Positions 47,091 through 56,710 of a DNA stretch of 64,000 bases are shown here, piece after piece. Numbering within the stretch: the first letter of the stretch is position 1; each line of letters opens with the position of its first letter. Source of the stretch: Candidatus Adlerbacteria bacterium (GTDB taxonomy: Bacteria; Patescibacteriota; Minisyncoccia; Phycocordibacterales; SBAW01); the NCBI GenBank assembly GCA_026397405.1, contig JAPLUW010000002.1, positions 40,214-104,213 on the forward strand. The letters are read 5' to 3'. The notes beneath the pieces are model-generated. The model saw only the letters and a list, made by a program, of their open reading frames with translations, had not been told where the DNA came from and searched no databases. The position numbers were made by a program, and so were the translations under genes.

Positions 47091-48146
47091 TTATTTTACT
47101 AACGAGAACCGTGCGTCTTTGCCGCGTTTAAAATATTTTTGATTCTGCAGGTTTACAACAATAGTGCCCGGCTTAACGTGACGTTCTTTCAAAACCTTTT
47201 CGATAATTTCGTCTTTGGTAAGTGGGCCACTTGCACGGAGGATTTCGCGGATAACATCGCGGACAACGCCTGACGTATATCCCCACTCTTTCAGAGCGTA
47301 CATACCGCGACCAACAAGCACAAAACGGTTGTCTTTGATAAGTTCGTTGTGCGTTGTTGCAATATGTGCAGCACGGTTAAACATTTTCTCTATAAGTGTT
47401 GCAACCTCGCGGAAGTGCAACGGGCTGCCATGCTTTTTAACGGCCAAGTAGGCATAGTCGCGGACGCCTTTTGTTTTAACGTTTGGAGATGCAGAATGAC
47501 CCCATTCGCCAAGCGGGTTTTTACCGATATTTTTAGATATTGAAAGCCAACGCTTCAACACTTCTTTGTTGCGGTGTTTGTCGTTGATTTGCTGGAGCTC
47601 CTTCAAAAAACGGTCGATCATCTCCCCTTCCGGGATCAAATCTTCGTCAGAGAGACCTTTGTAAAGGCTCTGTAGAGCATCTTCGACTTGCTTTGCAAGG
47701 TTAGGGTCGACATACCAGCAACGCTGCGCCTCATCGTCTTCTTTGCGGAATTTAAATGGGTCGCCAAGTACAAGCAGGAAGTAAATATGGTTCTGCATGC
47801 TCGCGTCTTTGGTAATAAAATTGAGCAAGTCGTCTTCGCATACAATACCGCCGAGCGAGTCTATGATGCGTTCAAGTTCGTGGAACGCGGCATTTGCCTC
47901 GCTGAATGCAGGAGATTTTTTGAGCGCTGCGAGTGCGTGGTTTTCTATCTGGCGGACACGTTCGCGGGTAATGCCGTAGCGTTTTCCGATAGACTCCAAG
48001 GTAACGCGTTCAGCACTTGTGCCCAAACCAAAGCGGGCTTCGAGCACAATACGTGAGCGCTCCGGGAGCGCTGTAAGAAGTCTTTTTGCGATGGCCTTTG
48101 GCTTAAAGCCAGTTTTGTCCCCTGTTTTATCGTTTGTTGTGGCCAT
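47091..48146 (-). CDS. Sigma70 region-4-like HTH fused to winged-HTH (HARE-HTH-like) domains
   Basis: RFGL...TLESIGKRYGITRERVRQIE; PLHFREV...HNELIKDNRFVLVGRGMYALKEWG. Confidence 0.8.
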   Translation of the reverse strand: MATTNDKTGDKTGFKPKAIAKRLLTALPERSRIVLEARFGLGTSAERVTLESIGKRYGITRERVRQIENHALAALKKSPAFSEANAAFHELERIIDSLGGIVCEDDLLNFITKDASMQNHIYFLLVLGDPFKFRKEDDEAQRCWYVDPNLAKQVEDALQSLYKGLSDEDLIPEGEMIDRFLKELQQINDKHRNKEVLKRWLSISKNIGKNPLGEWGHSASPNVKTKGVRDYAYLAVKKHGSPLHFREVATLIEKMFNRAAHIATTHNELIKDNRFVLVGRGMYALKEWGYTSGVVRDVIREILRASGPLTKDEIIEKVLKERHVKPGTIVVNLQNQKYFKRGKDARFSLVK

Positions 48147-48197
48147 ATATTCGATGTGGTCTAGTATATCACACTCTATTATAGGGGTCAAATGGAT

Positions 48198-51071
48198 CTA
48201 TAAGACCACAAAATTAATGATTTTGTTAGGGACATAGATTGCTTTTACCTCCTTGCCCTTGGCCAACCACAGGGCCACAGCGGGGTTTGTGCGTGCCAAA
48301 GTTAGGGCTTCATCTTCTGAGACGCCCGAAGGTACGTCCGTCAAAGACCCGCGTAGTTTGCCGTTTACTTGCACAGCAATAGACACCGTGTGTGAGACAA
48401 GTTTTGTTTCGTCAGCGGTTGGCCACACGCTCCACTCCGAATGTTCGAGCCCTACCACTTCTGCAAGTTCATAGGTGATGTGGGGCGCAAGTGGCGCTAG
48501 TAGCTGCAGTAATGTTACATACGCTGGGCGTGGCACCTGTTCCAGTCCAGCTAAGTGGTTTGAAAATACCATCAACGCAGAAACGGCCGTATTCATTTTT
48601 AGTACATCCAAGTCTTCAGAAACTTTTTTTATTGTTTGGTTGCGCAGTGTTTCTGTTGCAAGGTCTGGCGCAATGTCGGCAACCTTCTCCCCCAACTTCC
48701 ATACACGCTCTAAAAAGCGCCGCACACCGATAATGCTCTTGGTGTTCCACGGCTTCATCGCTTCAAGCGGGCCCATAAACATTTCATAGAGCCGCACAGT
48801 ATCTGCGCCATACAGTTCGATAAATTCGTCTGGGTTTATAACATTGCCAACCGACTTGGACATTTTGGTACCGTCTTCGGCAAGTATCGTCCCTTGGTGG
48901 CGGAGCTTTAAAAACGGTTCGCTAAACGATATGAGCCCAAACTTTTGCAGCGCTTTGGTAAAAAAACGTGCATACATTAAGTGCAGCACCGTATGTTCTG
49001 CCCCGCCCATGTATAGGTCAACCGGCAGCCATTTTTTAATAGCCTCTGGTGAGGCAAACTCGTTTTCATTATGTGGGTCAGCGAAACGGAAAAAATACCA
49101 GGACGAACAAACAAACGTGTCCATCGTATCAATTTCGGGTGTCCAGCCTTTTCCAAATATTTTTTCTGTCCGCTCGAGCAATTCTTTTGACTGACCCAGA
49201 GGAGACACTCCTGTTGGTTTAAACTCGACATCTGTCGGCAATATCCATGGCAAATGCTCTTCCGGCACAGCGTGCGGCTTCCCTTCCGGGTCGTAGACGA
49301 CAGGGATTGGTGCGCCCCAGTATCGTTGGCGCGAAATAAGCCAGTCACGCAATTTATATGTTTTAGTAACCTTACCTCCAACAAATTCAATTATTTTTTT
49401 CTTCGCCTCTTCATTTGGCATGCCGTCAAAGGTTCCTGAATTTACAAGAACTCCATCGCCTGTAAATTGTGCGTTTTGGATATAGTGCTCGAAGTAGAGC
49501 TTGTGGTGGTTTATTAATACAGGGTCTTTAAGAATTTCATCGGCTGTTTTCCACGAACCTTGTTTCGTCTCTTTATCAACAATGTCTGTTCGTTCTCTAT
49601 CTGCCAGCTCGACAATGTATATCCGGTCACGACAAAGTTCTTCGCGTGATTTCCGTACCTTGTACCCACGGGAATAGCCGTATTCAAAAAGCTGTGTGCT
49701 CTTTTTAATATTTTTATACCCGGACTCCTCCGTTGCTTCGCGTACGGCAGTTTCTCCGGGCTTCTCCCCTTCTTCCACGTGTCCACCGACAAAACCATGG
49801 TGTCCCGTGTTGGCAAATTCAACAACATAGTAGAGATCTTTCTCCCAATGCTTAATTATCGCTGATTCCGCATCAAATTTTATAATATTCTCTTCGCTCT
49901 GTGGCGCATCTACTCCGGTGATAACAACGTACGGAGCAACGACCTGTTTTACTGGTACGTTAAATTTTTTTGCAAAGGCAAAATCGCGTTCGTCATGCGC
50001 AGGCACACCCATAACAGCGCCTGTGCCGTAGCCGCCCAACACATAGTCGGCAACATACATGGGGATTTTTTCTTTTGTGGCTGGGTTTATTGCCCATACA
50101 CCTTCCAATTTGACGCCGGTTTTTTCTTTTGCGTCGTCTATTTGTCGGTCGAGGTCGGTTTTATTTTTTGCTGCTACTACATAGGCCTTAACCTCCTCCT
50201 TATTAACTAGCACGTCGTGGTTGTCGTCGATCGCCAGTGTTATCCATGCATGTTCTGGTGCAAGAACCATGTAGGTAACTCCAAAAAGCGTATCGGGGCG
50301 TGTGGTAAAAACAGGAATCAACCCTTCTTTTGTGTCTGGTTTGTCGAAAACTACCTTAAAGCTAACTTCTGCGCCTTCGCTCCTGCCTATCCAATTGCGC
50401 TGGTTTATTTTGGTCGACTCGGGCCAGTCTACTTGGTCGAGGTCGTCGACAAGTGCGTCCGCAAAGTCGGTAATCTTAAAAAACCACTGTGCTAAATCTT
50501 TTTGAACAACTTTTGTCCCGCAACGTACGCAGACTCCTTTTTCGCCGCTTTCAGAAACGGTCTGTTCGTTTGCGAGCACCGTTTGGTCTTTTGGACACCA
50601 ATTTACTTTTGCTACGCGTTTTTCTGCAAGACCGTTATTGTACAAAAACAAAAAAAACCATTGCGTCCATTTGTAATACTCTGGCGTGTGCGTACCAATT
50701 TCTCGCGACCAGTCGTAGGAAAGACCGAGACGTTTAATCTGACCTCTAAAGGTGTCTATAGAAGAGGCTGTTGTTTGGACAGGCGGAATCCCAGTTTTAA
50801 TAGCGTAGTTTTCTGCAGGAAGGCCGAATGCATCCCAGCCCATGGGGTGCAACACATTGTATCCTTGTGCACGTTTGTAGCGACTGTATATGTCGGTAGC
50901 GGTATAGCCTTCTACGTGGCCAACATGCAACCCGGATCCCGACGGATACGGGAACATGTCCAGAATATAAATTTTTTCTTTACTACTAGAGTTGTCAGCA
51001 CGAAACGCTTCCGACTCGTGCCATCGCTGCTGCCATTTTTGTTCAATTTTTTTGTGGTCGTACTGCTCCAT
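48198..51071 (-). CDS. leuS: Leucyl-tRNA synthetase with inserted Nudix domain
   Basis: MFPYPSG, HVGH, FTTRPDT, GTGAVM, SRQRYWG, KMSKS; Nudix box GHVEEGEKPGETAVREATEESG. Confidence 0.97.
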   Translation of the reverse strand: MEQYDHKKIEQKWQQRWHESEAFRADNSSSKEKIYILDMFPYPSGSGLHVGHVEGYTATDIYSRYKRAQGYNVLHPMGWDAFGLPAENYAIKTGIPPVQTTASSIDTFRGQIKRLGLSYDWSREIGTHTPEYYKWTQWFFLFLYNNGLAEKRVAKVNWCPKDQTVLANEQTVSESGEKGVCVRCGTKVVQKDLAQWFFKITDFADALVDDLDQVDWPESTKINQRNWIGRSEGAEVSFKVVFDKPDTKEGLIPVFTTRPDTLFGVTYMVLAPEHAWITLAIDDNHDVLVNKEEVKAYVVAAKNKTDLDRQIDDAKEKTGVKLEGVWAINPATKEKIPMYVADYVLGGYGTGAVMGVPAHDERDFAFAKKFNVPVKQVVAPYVVITGVDAPQSEENIIKFDAESAIIKHWEKDLYYVVEFANTGHHGFVGGHVEEGEKPGETAVREATEESGYKNIKKSTQLFEYGYSRGYKVRKSREELCRDRIYIVELADRERTDIVDKETKQGSWKTADEILKDPVLINHHKLYFEHYIQNAQFTGDGVLVNSGTFDGMPNEEAKKKIIEFVGGKVTKTYKLRDWLISRQRYWGAPIPVVYDPEGKPHAVPEEHLPWILPTDVEFKPTGVSPLGQSKELLERTEKIFGKGWTPEIDTMDTFVCSSWYFFRFADPHNENEFASPEAIKKWLPVDLYMGGAEHTVLHLMYARFFTKALQKFGLISFSEPFLKLRHQGTILAEDGTKMSKSVGNVINPDEFIELYGADTVRLYEMFMGPLEAMKPWNTKSIIGVRRFLERVWKLGEKVADIAPDLATETLRNQTIKKVSEDLDVLKMNTAVSALMVFSNHLAGLEQVPRPAYVTLLQLLAPLAPHITYELAEVVGLEHSEWSVWPTADETKLVSHTVSIAVQVNGKLRGSLTDVPSGVSEDEALTLARTNPAVALWLAKGKEVKAIYVPNKIINFVVL

Positions 51072-51077
51072 GGAGTG

Positions 51078-52007
51078 TTACTTCAACGGAGGGAAAAGGT
51101 CTGGGTCAATCGAGCGGACAAAGCACACACGGCCTGCTGCATGCGACCAGTTGTCCTGTTGTTGCTTACCACCAACGACAACCGGCATCGTGCGTGCGCC
51201 GCCACTCTGCTCGCCTGCGAGGTTAAATGTTGCACACAGTTCAAACCCTAAGCCTGCGTTTTTAGTATATTCGTACGAAAGGCCCGACTGTGGGTCTACA
51301 GGCACAGTGTTGTAGAGCAGCGGATCGTTTAGAGCGGCAAGTGTCGTCGGGAGTGCGCGCTTTTGCTGGTAGAAGTTCATTACCTCGCTCTGCAATTGCT
51401 GCAAGTCGGTAACTTTTTGCTGGTCCAAGCGGAGCAAACGTGCGTGCGCAGGAGTTCCGACAATAAAGAAGCCGGCGACAATGGTTAGCAACACAAGTGC
51501 ACCGGTAGAGTAACCAACTGCGTGCGAACGGCCAGGGTACGTGTCCCAATAGCCTTTGAAGTCCGCTATAAAGTGCAAGAAGCTGCCACCCGCAACAAGG
51601 AATACGACAAGCACTTTAAGGAGGAACGCTGCCGTGATGTCACTACCGTTTAAAAACGACGTTAGCAATACAATAAGGTCAACCGCAATGCTTGCACCTG
51701 CAATAAATAGAGTCAAAAAAAGTGCCCAGCGGCGCACCCAAATGTTTGCACGTGTCTGGTCTTTTGTAATGTCAGAGTGGATAACGCGCAGCAACATAAC
51801 CGCGAGTGGGAAAAGTACTATCAGCACCGCCATCTCGTAGCTAATGCCACCCTGGTACGGGTCGCTTGAATAGTATGCAAGAGGGTTTGGTAGCGCGTAG
51901 TTTATGTAGTCAAACACCAAACCGATAAACGCTATAACACTTCCGTAGAGTGCGACCATTGCCCCTGCCCACATAAAGAAGTCTTTTGGCGTTGTTTTGT
52001 TATCCAT
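51078..52007 (-). CDS. Multi-TM conserved hypothetical protein (DUF5671-like) with pilin-like C-terminal domain
   Basis: TPKDFF, five TMs, GTP...RLD...DL..., DPQSGLSYEY, FELCATF. Confidence 0.7.
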   Translation of the reverse strand: MDNKTTPKDFFMWAGAMVALYGSVIAFIGLVFDYINYALPNPLAYYSSDPYQGGISYEMAVLIVLFPLAVMLLRVIHSDITKDQTRANIWVRRWALFLTLFIAGASIAVDLIVLLTSFLNGSDITAAFLLKVLVVFLVAGGSFLHFIADFKGYWDTYPGRSHAVGYSTGALVLLTIVAGFFIVGTPAHARLLRLDQQKVTDLQQLQSEVMNFYQQKRALPTTLAALNDPLLYNTVPVDPQSGLSYEYTKNAGLGFELCATFNLAGEQSGGARTMPVVVGGKQQQDNWSHAAGRVCFVRSIDPDLFPPLK

Positions 52008-53100
52008 GTAGGAATTCTACCACATCGCCATCTTTGACAATGTATTCTTTTCCTTCTGTTTTAAGTGCCCCCAACTCGCGGGCTTTTGCGTAGGACCCTG
52101 CTTCGATAAGTGTGTTCCAAAAAATAACTTCGGCGCGGATAAATTTATTAAAAAAGTCGGTGTGGATTGCAGCACCTGCCTCGGGTGCGGTTGCTCCAAC
52201 CGGCACTGTCCATGCACGGGTCTCGTCGGCGCCTGTTGTAAAGAAGCTCATCAACCCTAGCAACTTGTACCCAGCGCTAATAAGGCCGCTCACACCGTCG
52301 TCGAAGACGCCGTATTCCTGGCGGAAGGACTGCTTGTCGTCTGCATGCAACTCGCGCAGCTCGCTTTCGACATTGGCGTCGACTGTTACGTACGACGCTT
52401 TTGAGCTTTCGATAAATTCTTGCAAGCGGTCCCAGCGGCCGTCGGCAGCTTCGTCTATGTTGTGCCCGCCAGCTTCGCGGTTTAATACATACAACATGGG
52501 CTTCATCGTTAACAAGTGCAGGCCTTTTATCGCAAACAACTCTTCGTCTGTGTAGGCGGCAGTGCGTGCCATTGCACTCGCCTGCAGTGCATCGTTGGCT
52601 TTTTTAACTGCCGCGTGTTCAATAAGTGCCTCTTTTTTTCCTTGCTTTACGTCACGCCCCAAAGAGTCGAGGCGTTTCCCCACCGTTTCTATATCGGCCA
52701 AGATAAGCTCGAGGTTTATTGTCTCAATGTCGCGGAGCGGGTTTACTTCGCCGTCGACATGCAAAATGTTGGTGTTGTCAAAAATACGCACCACGTGTGC
52801 GATAGCGTCTACTTCGCGAATGTGCGAGAGAAAGGTATTGCCCAAGCCTTCGCCTTCGGACGCTCCCTTTACCAAACCGGCGATGTCAACAAATTCCACC
52901 GCTGCAGGAACTTTTTTTGCAGAGTTAGAAAATGCCGCAAGCTTGTCGACACGCTCGTCGGGCACCGACACAACACCCACGGAAGGGTCGATAGTTGCAA
53001 AGGGGTAGTTTGCCGCCAAGACGCTCTTTTTGGTGAGTGCGTTAAACAGCGTAGACTTCCCCACGTTTGGGAGCCCGACAATTCCTATACTTAAAGCCAT
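52000..53100 (-). CDS. ychF: Redox-regulated ATPase YchF
   Basis: GIVGLPNVGKSTLFN, NYPFATI, DIAGLVKGAS, FFTTG...AWT, EGKEYIVKDGD. Confidence 0.97.
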   Translation of the reverse strand: MALSIGIVGLPNVGKSTLFNALTKKSVLAANYPFATIDPSVGVVSVPDERVDKLAAFSNSAKKVPAAVEFVDIAGLVKGASEGEGLGNTFLSHIREVDAIAHVVRIFDNTNILHVDGEVNPLRDIETINLELILADIETVGKRLDSLGRDVKQGKKEALIEHAAVKKANDALQASAMARTAAYTDEELFAIKGLHLLTMKPMLYVLNREAGGHNIDEAADGRWDRLQEFIESSKASYVTVDANVESELRELHADDKQSFRQEYGVFDDGVSGLISAGYKLLGLMSFFTTGADETRAWTVPVGATAPEAGAAIHTDFFNKFIRAEVIFWNTLIEAGSYAKARELGALKTEGKEYIVKDGDVVEFLHG

Positions 53101-53153
53101 TACTCACACTATGCCAAAAAATCCTTATTTTGTATAGCTCCTTGCAGTACTAC

Positions 53154-53182
53154 TTGACAAGATTTGTATTAGGGTGTATAGT
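53154..53182 (+). promoter_or_regulatory. Near-consensus sigma70 promoter
   Basis: TTGACA(53154-53159)-17 nt-TATAGT(53177-53182). Confidence 0.75.
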
Positions 53183-53247
53183 ATATAAGTAACCTATTTA
53201 AGGCTAGCTTAGATAGGATGACATTCTTTTCAACAACGGAGACTGAA

Positions 53248-53475
53248 ATGGTCGGCAACACCCTGAACTCGAGTACCTTCGTCCCGAAGGTCCCGGAGCT
53301 GCACTACGAGTGCTTGCTGAAGGATACTCGCGGTGAGACCCGCGAAGGCGTCATCAAGTATATCGTTTTGGGTGGCTTTGGCTGCCCCACGGCCTTCGCC
53401 TTCTACAAGGACCGTGGTCCTGGCCAGGTGACGTCCTTCTCGTGGAACAACGGCTGGTGCGAAGACCGCGACTAG
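53248..53475 (+). CDS. Small hypothetical protein (75 aa; alternative start 53218)
   Basis: GGAG 6 nt before ATG 53248; own promoter and terminator; C-ending codon bias. Confidence 0.65.
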   Translation: MVGNTLNSSTFVPKVPELHYECLLKDTRGETREGVIKYIVLGGFGCPTAFAFYKDRGPGQVTSFSWNNGWCEDRD

Positions 53476-53500
53476 CCCCCGAGCCCCGCATTCGAGTAGG

Positions 53501-53542
53501 AAGAGCCCCGCTCCTCCACTCAACGCGGGGCTCTTTCTTTTT
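53501..53542 (+). terminator. Intrinsic terminator
   Basis: aagagccccgc...gcggggctctt followed by tcttttt. Confidence 0.75.
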
Positions 53543-53633
53543 ATATATGAACCTCGGTTTCGACTTACATGTGGTTGACACTCTAGATATAAAATGTCAG
53601 TGTATTAACTGAAACAGTTCACAAGGGGGCCTC

Positions 53634-54083
53634 ATGCCGAAACCAGCTAAGATTGTTGTCCTGGACGACACCTATCTTTATCTCACAGGAATTACCAAGA
53701 TCCTGCGGGATGAAGGGTACGAGGTATTTGCCATTCTTTACGCCGAGAAAGAAGATGAAAAGAAAGGCATCGACCTTTTTACTACCGATGCCAGAGAGGC
53801 TGCGACCGCCATTGTGGCATTCAAGCCCGACATGGTCCTGTTGGACCACAATCTCAACAGTGCCGGGGCCACTGGCCAGAAGGTTGCAGAGCTCTCCGGC
53901 GTACCCAAAAAGAAGACTCTCGGCATCTCTGACCTTGGAAGGCAGCAGGAGGGCTACTGCGTCGAGCAACTAGCTGTGGCCAAGCTGGAGCTCACTGAAC
54001 CCTTCGCCAAGAGGCGTCAAACGGAAGCCGACAACGCTGCAACTATCTTTTTGGCGCAAGTCGCCAACCTCTTGGAGAAGTAA
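53634..54083 (+). CDS. Stand-alone response-regulator receiver domain protein (paralog 2)
   Basis: IVVLDD, FKPDMVLLDH, GIS, K; AAGGGGG SD; TTGACA at 53575. Confidence 0.8.
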   Translation: MPKPAKIVVLDDTYLYLTGITKILRDEGYEVFAILYAEKEDEKKGIDLFTTDAREAATAIVAFKPDMVLLDHNLNSAGATGQKVAELSGVPKKKTLGISDLGRQQEGYCVEQLAVAKLELTEPFAKRRQTEADNAATIFLAQVANLLEK

Positions 54084-54107
54084 CGCCAAGTTCCTGCCGC
54101 AATGCAC

Positions 54108-54150
54108 AAGGCCGTCGCTCACTTCGGTGAGACGACGGCCTTTTTCTTTT
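54108..54150 (+). terminator. Intrinsic terminator
   Basis: aaggccgtcg-ctcac-ttcg-gtgag-a-cgacggcctt followed by a T-rich tail. Confidence 0.8.
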
Positions 54151-54166
54151 CTATGTATGCGCTGTA

Positions 54167-55648
54167 TTAGTTTGCGTTAAGTGCTGCGCGGGTCAGAGGG
54201 CCGACAGAACCTACCTGGGCAATGTTGTGTGCCTTTTGGAAGGCTTTAACAGCAACCAAGGTTAGTTTGCCAAAGTAACCGGTTATTGGGCCTTTGTAGA
54301 AACCTTGTGCGGTGAGCAATTTCTGCAACTCAGTTACATCATTTCCAGACATGCCAAGTGAGAGATTTTTAGTAAAGTTGTATGTCTTTGCACCAAGCAC
54401 CGCCCCGCCGCCTGTAGAACCTGAAGTAGAGACGCTTGGAGTATTCTGGTACCCAACTGAACCAGCTCCAGAGACTATGCCGCCCCCGCCACCTCCACCA
54501 CCGCCAGTGCTACCAATGTGGTCGCTTACCTCTTTGTAGGAAATAAATATCGAGAAGTGTTTGGTCCAAATAATAAGGTCATTCCCTACATCAATTTTAC
54601 AGTCCGCATCTGCCCCGAGTGTCGGTGCCGTCGCGCTGTCGCACGTGTTTGTAATCGAATGGAAGCTCCCTGCCTGCGACCACCCTACCAACGTACCTGC
54701 CTTACCTGCAAAAGTGAGTTTTACCGCTTTGTCGAGGCTCAGTGGAGTATCGCCCGCACCTATTTCAATCGCTTCAATAGATGTAATGACAGTCCCGGCA
54801 GTTCCTACGATAAACGCATTTGTTGTTACTGTCGGCAATGTAAACGTACCGTCCCATGTCGAGGTACCCGTGACTGTAATGTCTGCAGGGATGTCAACCA
54901 CTACGGTAAGCCCAACACCGTGTCCCGATGTTTGGCTCGCGTTGGTAATTGTTCCCGAAACTGTCATGTCTGGGTTTGTTGAAGTTGCGATACTTTCGAC
55001 GGTGCTTGCGGGGTTTACGTTAATAGTAAACACACCCGGCACAAAGGTTACCGCGTAGTTGCTTCCTGCAGAAAGTGTGCCGATGTTTATCGTTGTTGTG
55101 CCAACACTCTCCCCCGCGGTACGTGCAAGCGAGCCAGAAAATACGCTGTCTGTGTCGCTGTTAGTAAGCGCGCTGCGTGTGTAGGTAAACGCAGGGTCTG
55201 TGCCACCAAAGAGTTTTGATGCGTCTACTGATGTAACAGTGAGCGGCGCTGTAGTGACAGTAAGGTTTGCCCCAACATACGTCAGTGTGTAGTTGCTTGA
55301 AAGCGCCAATGTTCCCTGGTTGATTGCATGTGTGCCAACGGCCTCACCTGCCCCGCGAGTAAGCGAACCTGTAAACGCATCCGAACCTTGGAGCGCGCCT
55401 GAGGTGATCGTATATGTAAGTGCAGGATCAGTAGCACCATATACTTTTGTCTTTACCGCCGCAGTCACTGTAAGAGGAGCCGTTGCGATAACATTGTGGA
55501 TGCTACCACTTGTATTGTTATAGTTTCCAGTCGTATCAGTAAATGTCCATGTATCTGAGGAATAATCCCCGGCATCAGTATGTGTCGTGCCTGAAAAGTT
55601 GAGTCCGCTTAGGCTTTCAGCTTGTGCACCTGTCGCGGTAGTGGTGTG
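54167..55648 (-). pseudogene. 5'-truncated surface protein with MBG-like repeats and C-terminal peptidoglycan-binding domain
   Basis: Frame stays open 60 codons upstream of GTG 55468 to TAA at 55651-55649 with repeat-like sequence and no start codon or signal peptide; C-terminal DVTELQKLL...GYFGKLT...AFQ PG-binding motif. Confidence 0.65.
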
Positions 55649-55690
55649 TTACCTATTTTATATTTTAAAACTTTAAAAAATGACATCAAT

Positions 55691-56683
55691 TTAATTTGGC
55701 ATCGCAACTGCAACCGCGGCATTCTGATTATCGGCAGGGAGAGACAAGGGGGCAATGAGGAAACGCTGGTTTACTATAACGATTCCAAGGATAACGGCAA
55801 CAAGTGCTACCCCATTAAATATGGCTTTATGGTGCAAGCGTTGCGGAGTAAAAGGCAAAAACCCAAGCGCGAGCATCAGTATAAAGAAGAACGCTAATAC
55901 GCCCAAAAAGAGCGTCATATATTTAGACGGTGACGAAAGTACTTTCTCCCACAGGGAAAGTGGCGGCTGTATGTGGGTAGGTGTGGCTGGCGGTGCTTCG
56001 TCTTCTGCACCTAATACAGCGGTGTCTTTTGGCGTTGTGTTAGTGGCAACAGTTGGTGTGGCAAGTGTTTGAGCAACAACTTTTGGTTCTGTTTTTGCAG
56101 GAGTTTTTTGAGCTACGGCTGTATGCAAAGGTGCCGCAAAAAACTGCACCACAAACACGGCTTCTTTGCCCTTGTACGTGCCCGTTGCCATCCCTACCCC
56201 AATTTCTGTGTAGTTTGCGCCCAATATATTTTCTTTATGTTCGGGCGAGTCCATCCACGCGGCAAGCAATTGCGACGAATCGTCAAAGTTTACTGCCAGG
56301 TTTTGCCCTGCGTACTGGTACGCATAGCCTGCTTTTTTAAGCCAGTACCACGGTGTCTTGCCGTCGGGGCTTTCGTGCGCAAAATAGCCCTTGGCTGCCA
56401 TATCCTGCGCTACTTGTTTTGCCGCTTCTGTAAGTTGGTTATTTGTTGTTAGGCTAGAAAGTTGGTCAGACGCGCGCTCTTGGTTTGTAAGTGCCACAAC
56501 AACCGCCGGCAGCACCGCACCCAGTTGCGTAGTTGAATGTGAAAGTGCGAAGGACTGAAAGAGGAAGGCAAGCTCTGCAAACGCAACAAGCGCAAGTACT
56601 GTGTACACCATTTGTGCACGCAACACATGCGGGTGCCGCTTGTTATGTTTGTGCGGCAAAAAAAACTTCTTCAATGAACGCAT
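55691..56683 (-). CDS. CAP/SCP domain membrane protein
   Basis: LTNQER, DMAAKGYFAH, GQNLA, WMDSPEHKENIL, EIGVG; two C-terminal TMs. Confidence 0.9.
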   Translation of the reverse strand: MRSLKKFFLPHKHNKRHPHVLRAQMVYTVLALVAFAELAFLFQSFALSHSTTQLGAVLPAVVVALTNQERASDQLSSLTTNNQLTEAAKQVAQDMAAKGYFAHESPDGKTPWYWLKKAGYAYQYAGQNLAVNFDDSSQLLAAWMDSPEHKENILGANYTEIGVGMATGTYKGKEAVFVVQFFAAPLHTAVAQKTPAKTEPKVVAQTLATPTVATNTTPKDTAVLGAEDEAPPATPTHIQPPLSLWEKVLSSPSKYMTLFLGVLAFFFILMLALGFLPFTPQRLHHKAIFNGVALVAVILGIVIVNQRFLIAPLSLPADNQNAAVAVAMPN

Positions 56684-56710
56684 GTAGTAATAGTACCAGG
56701 GTTTTACTGT

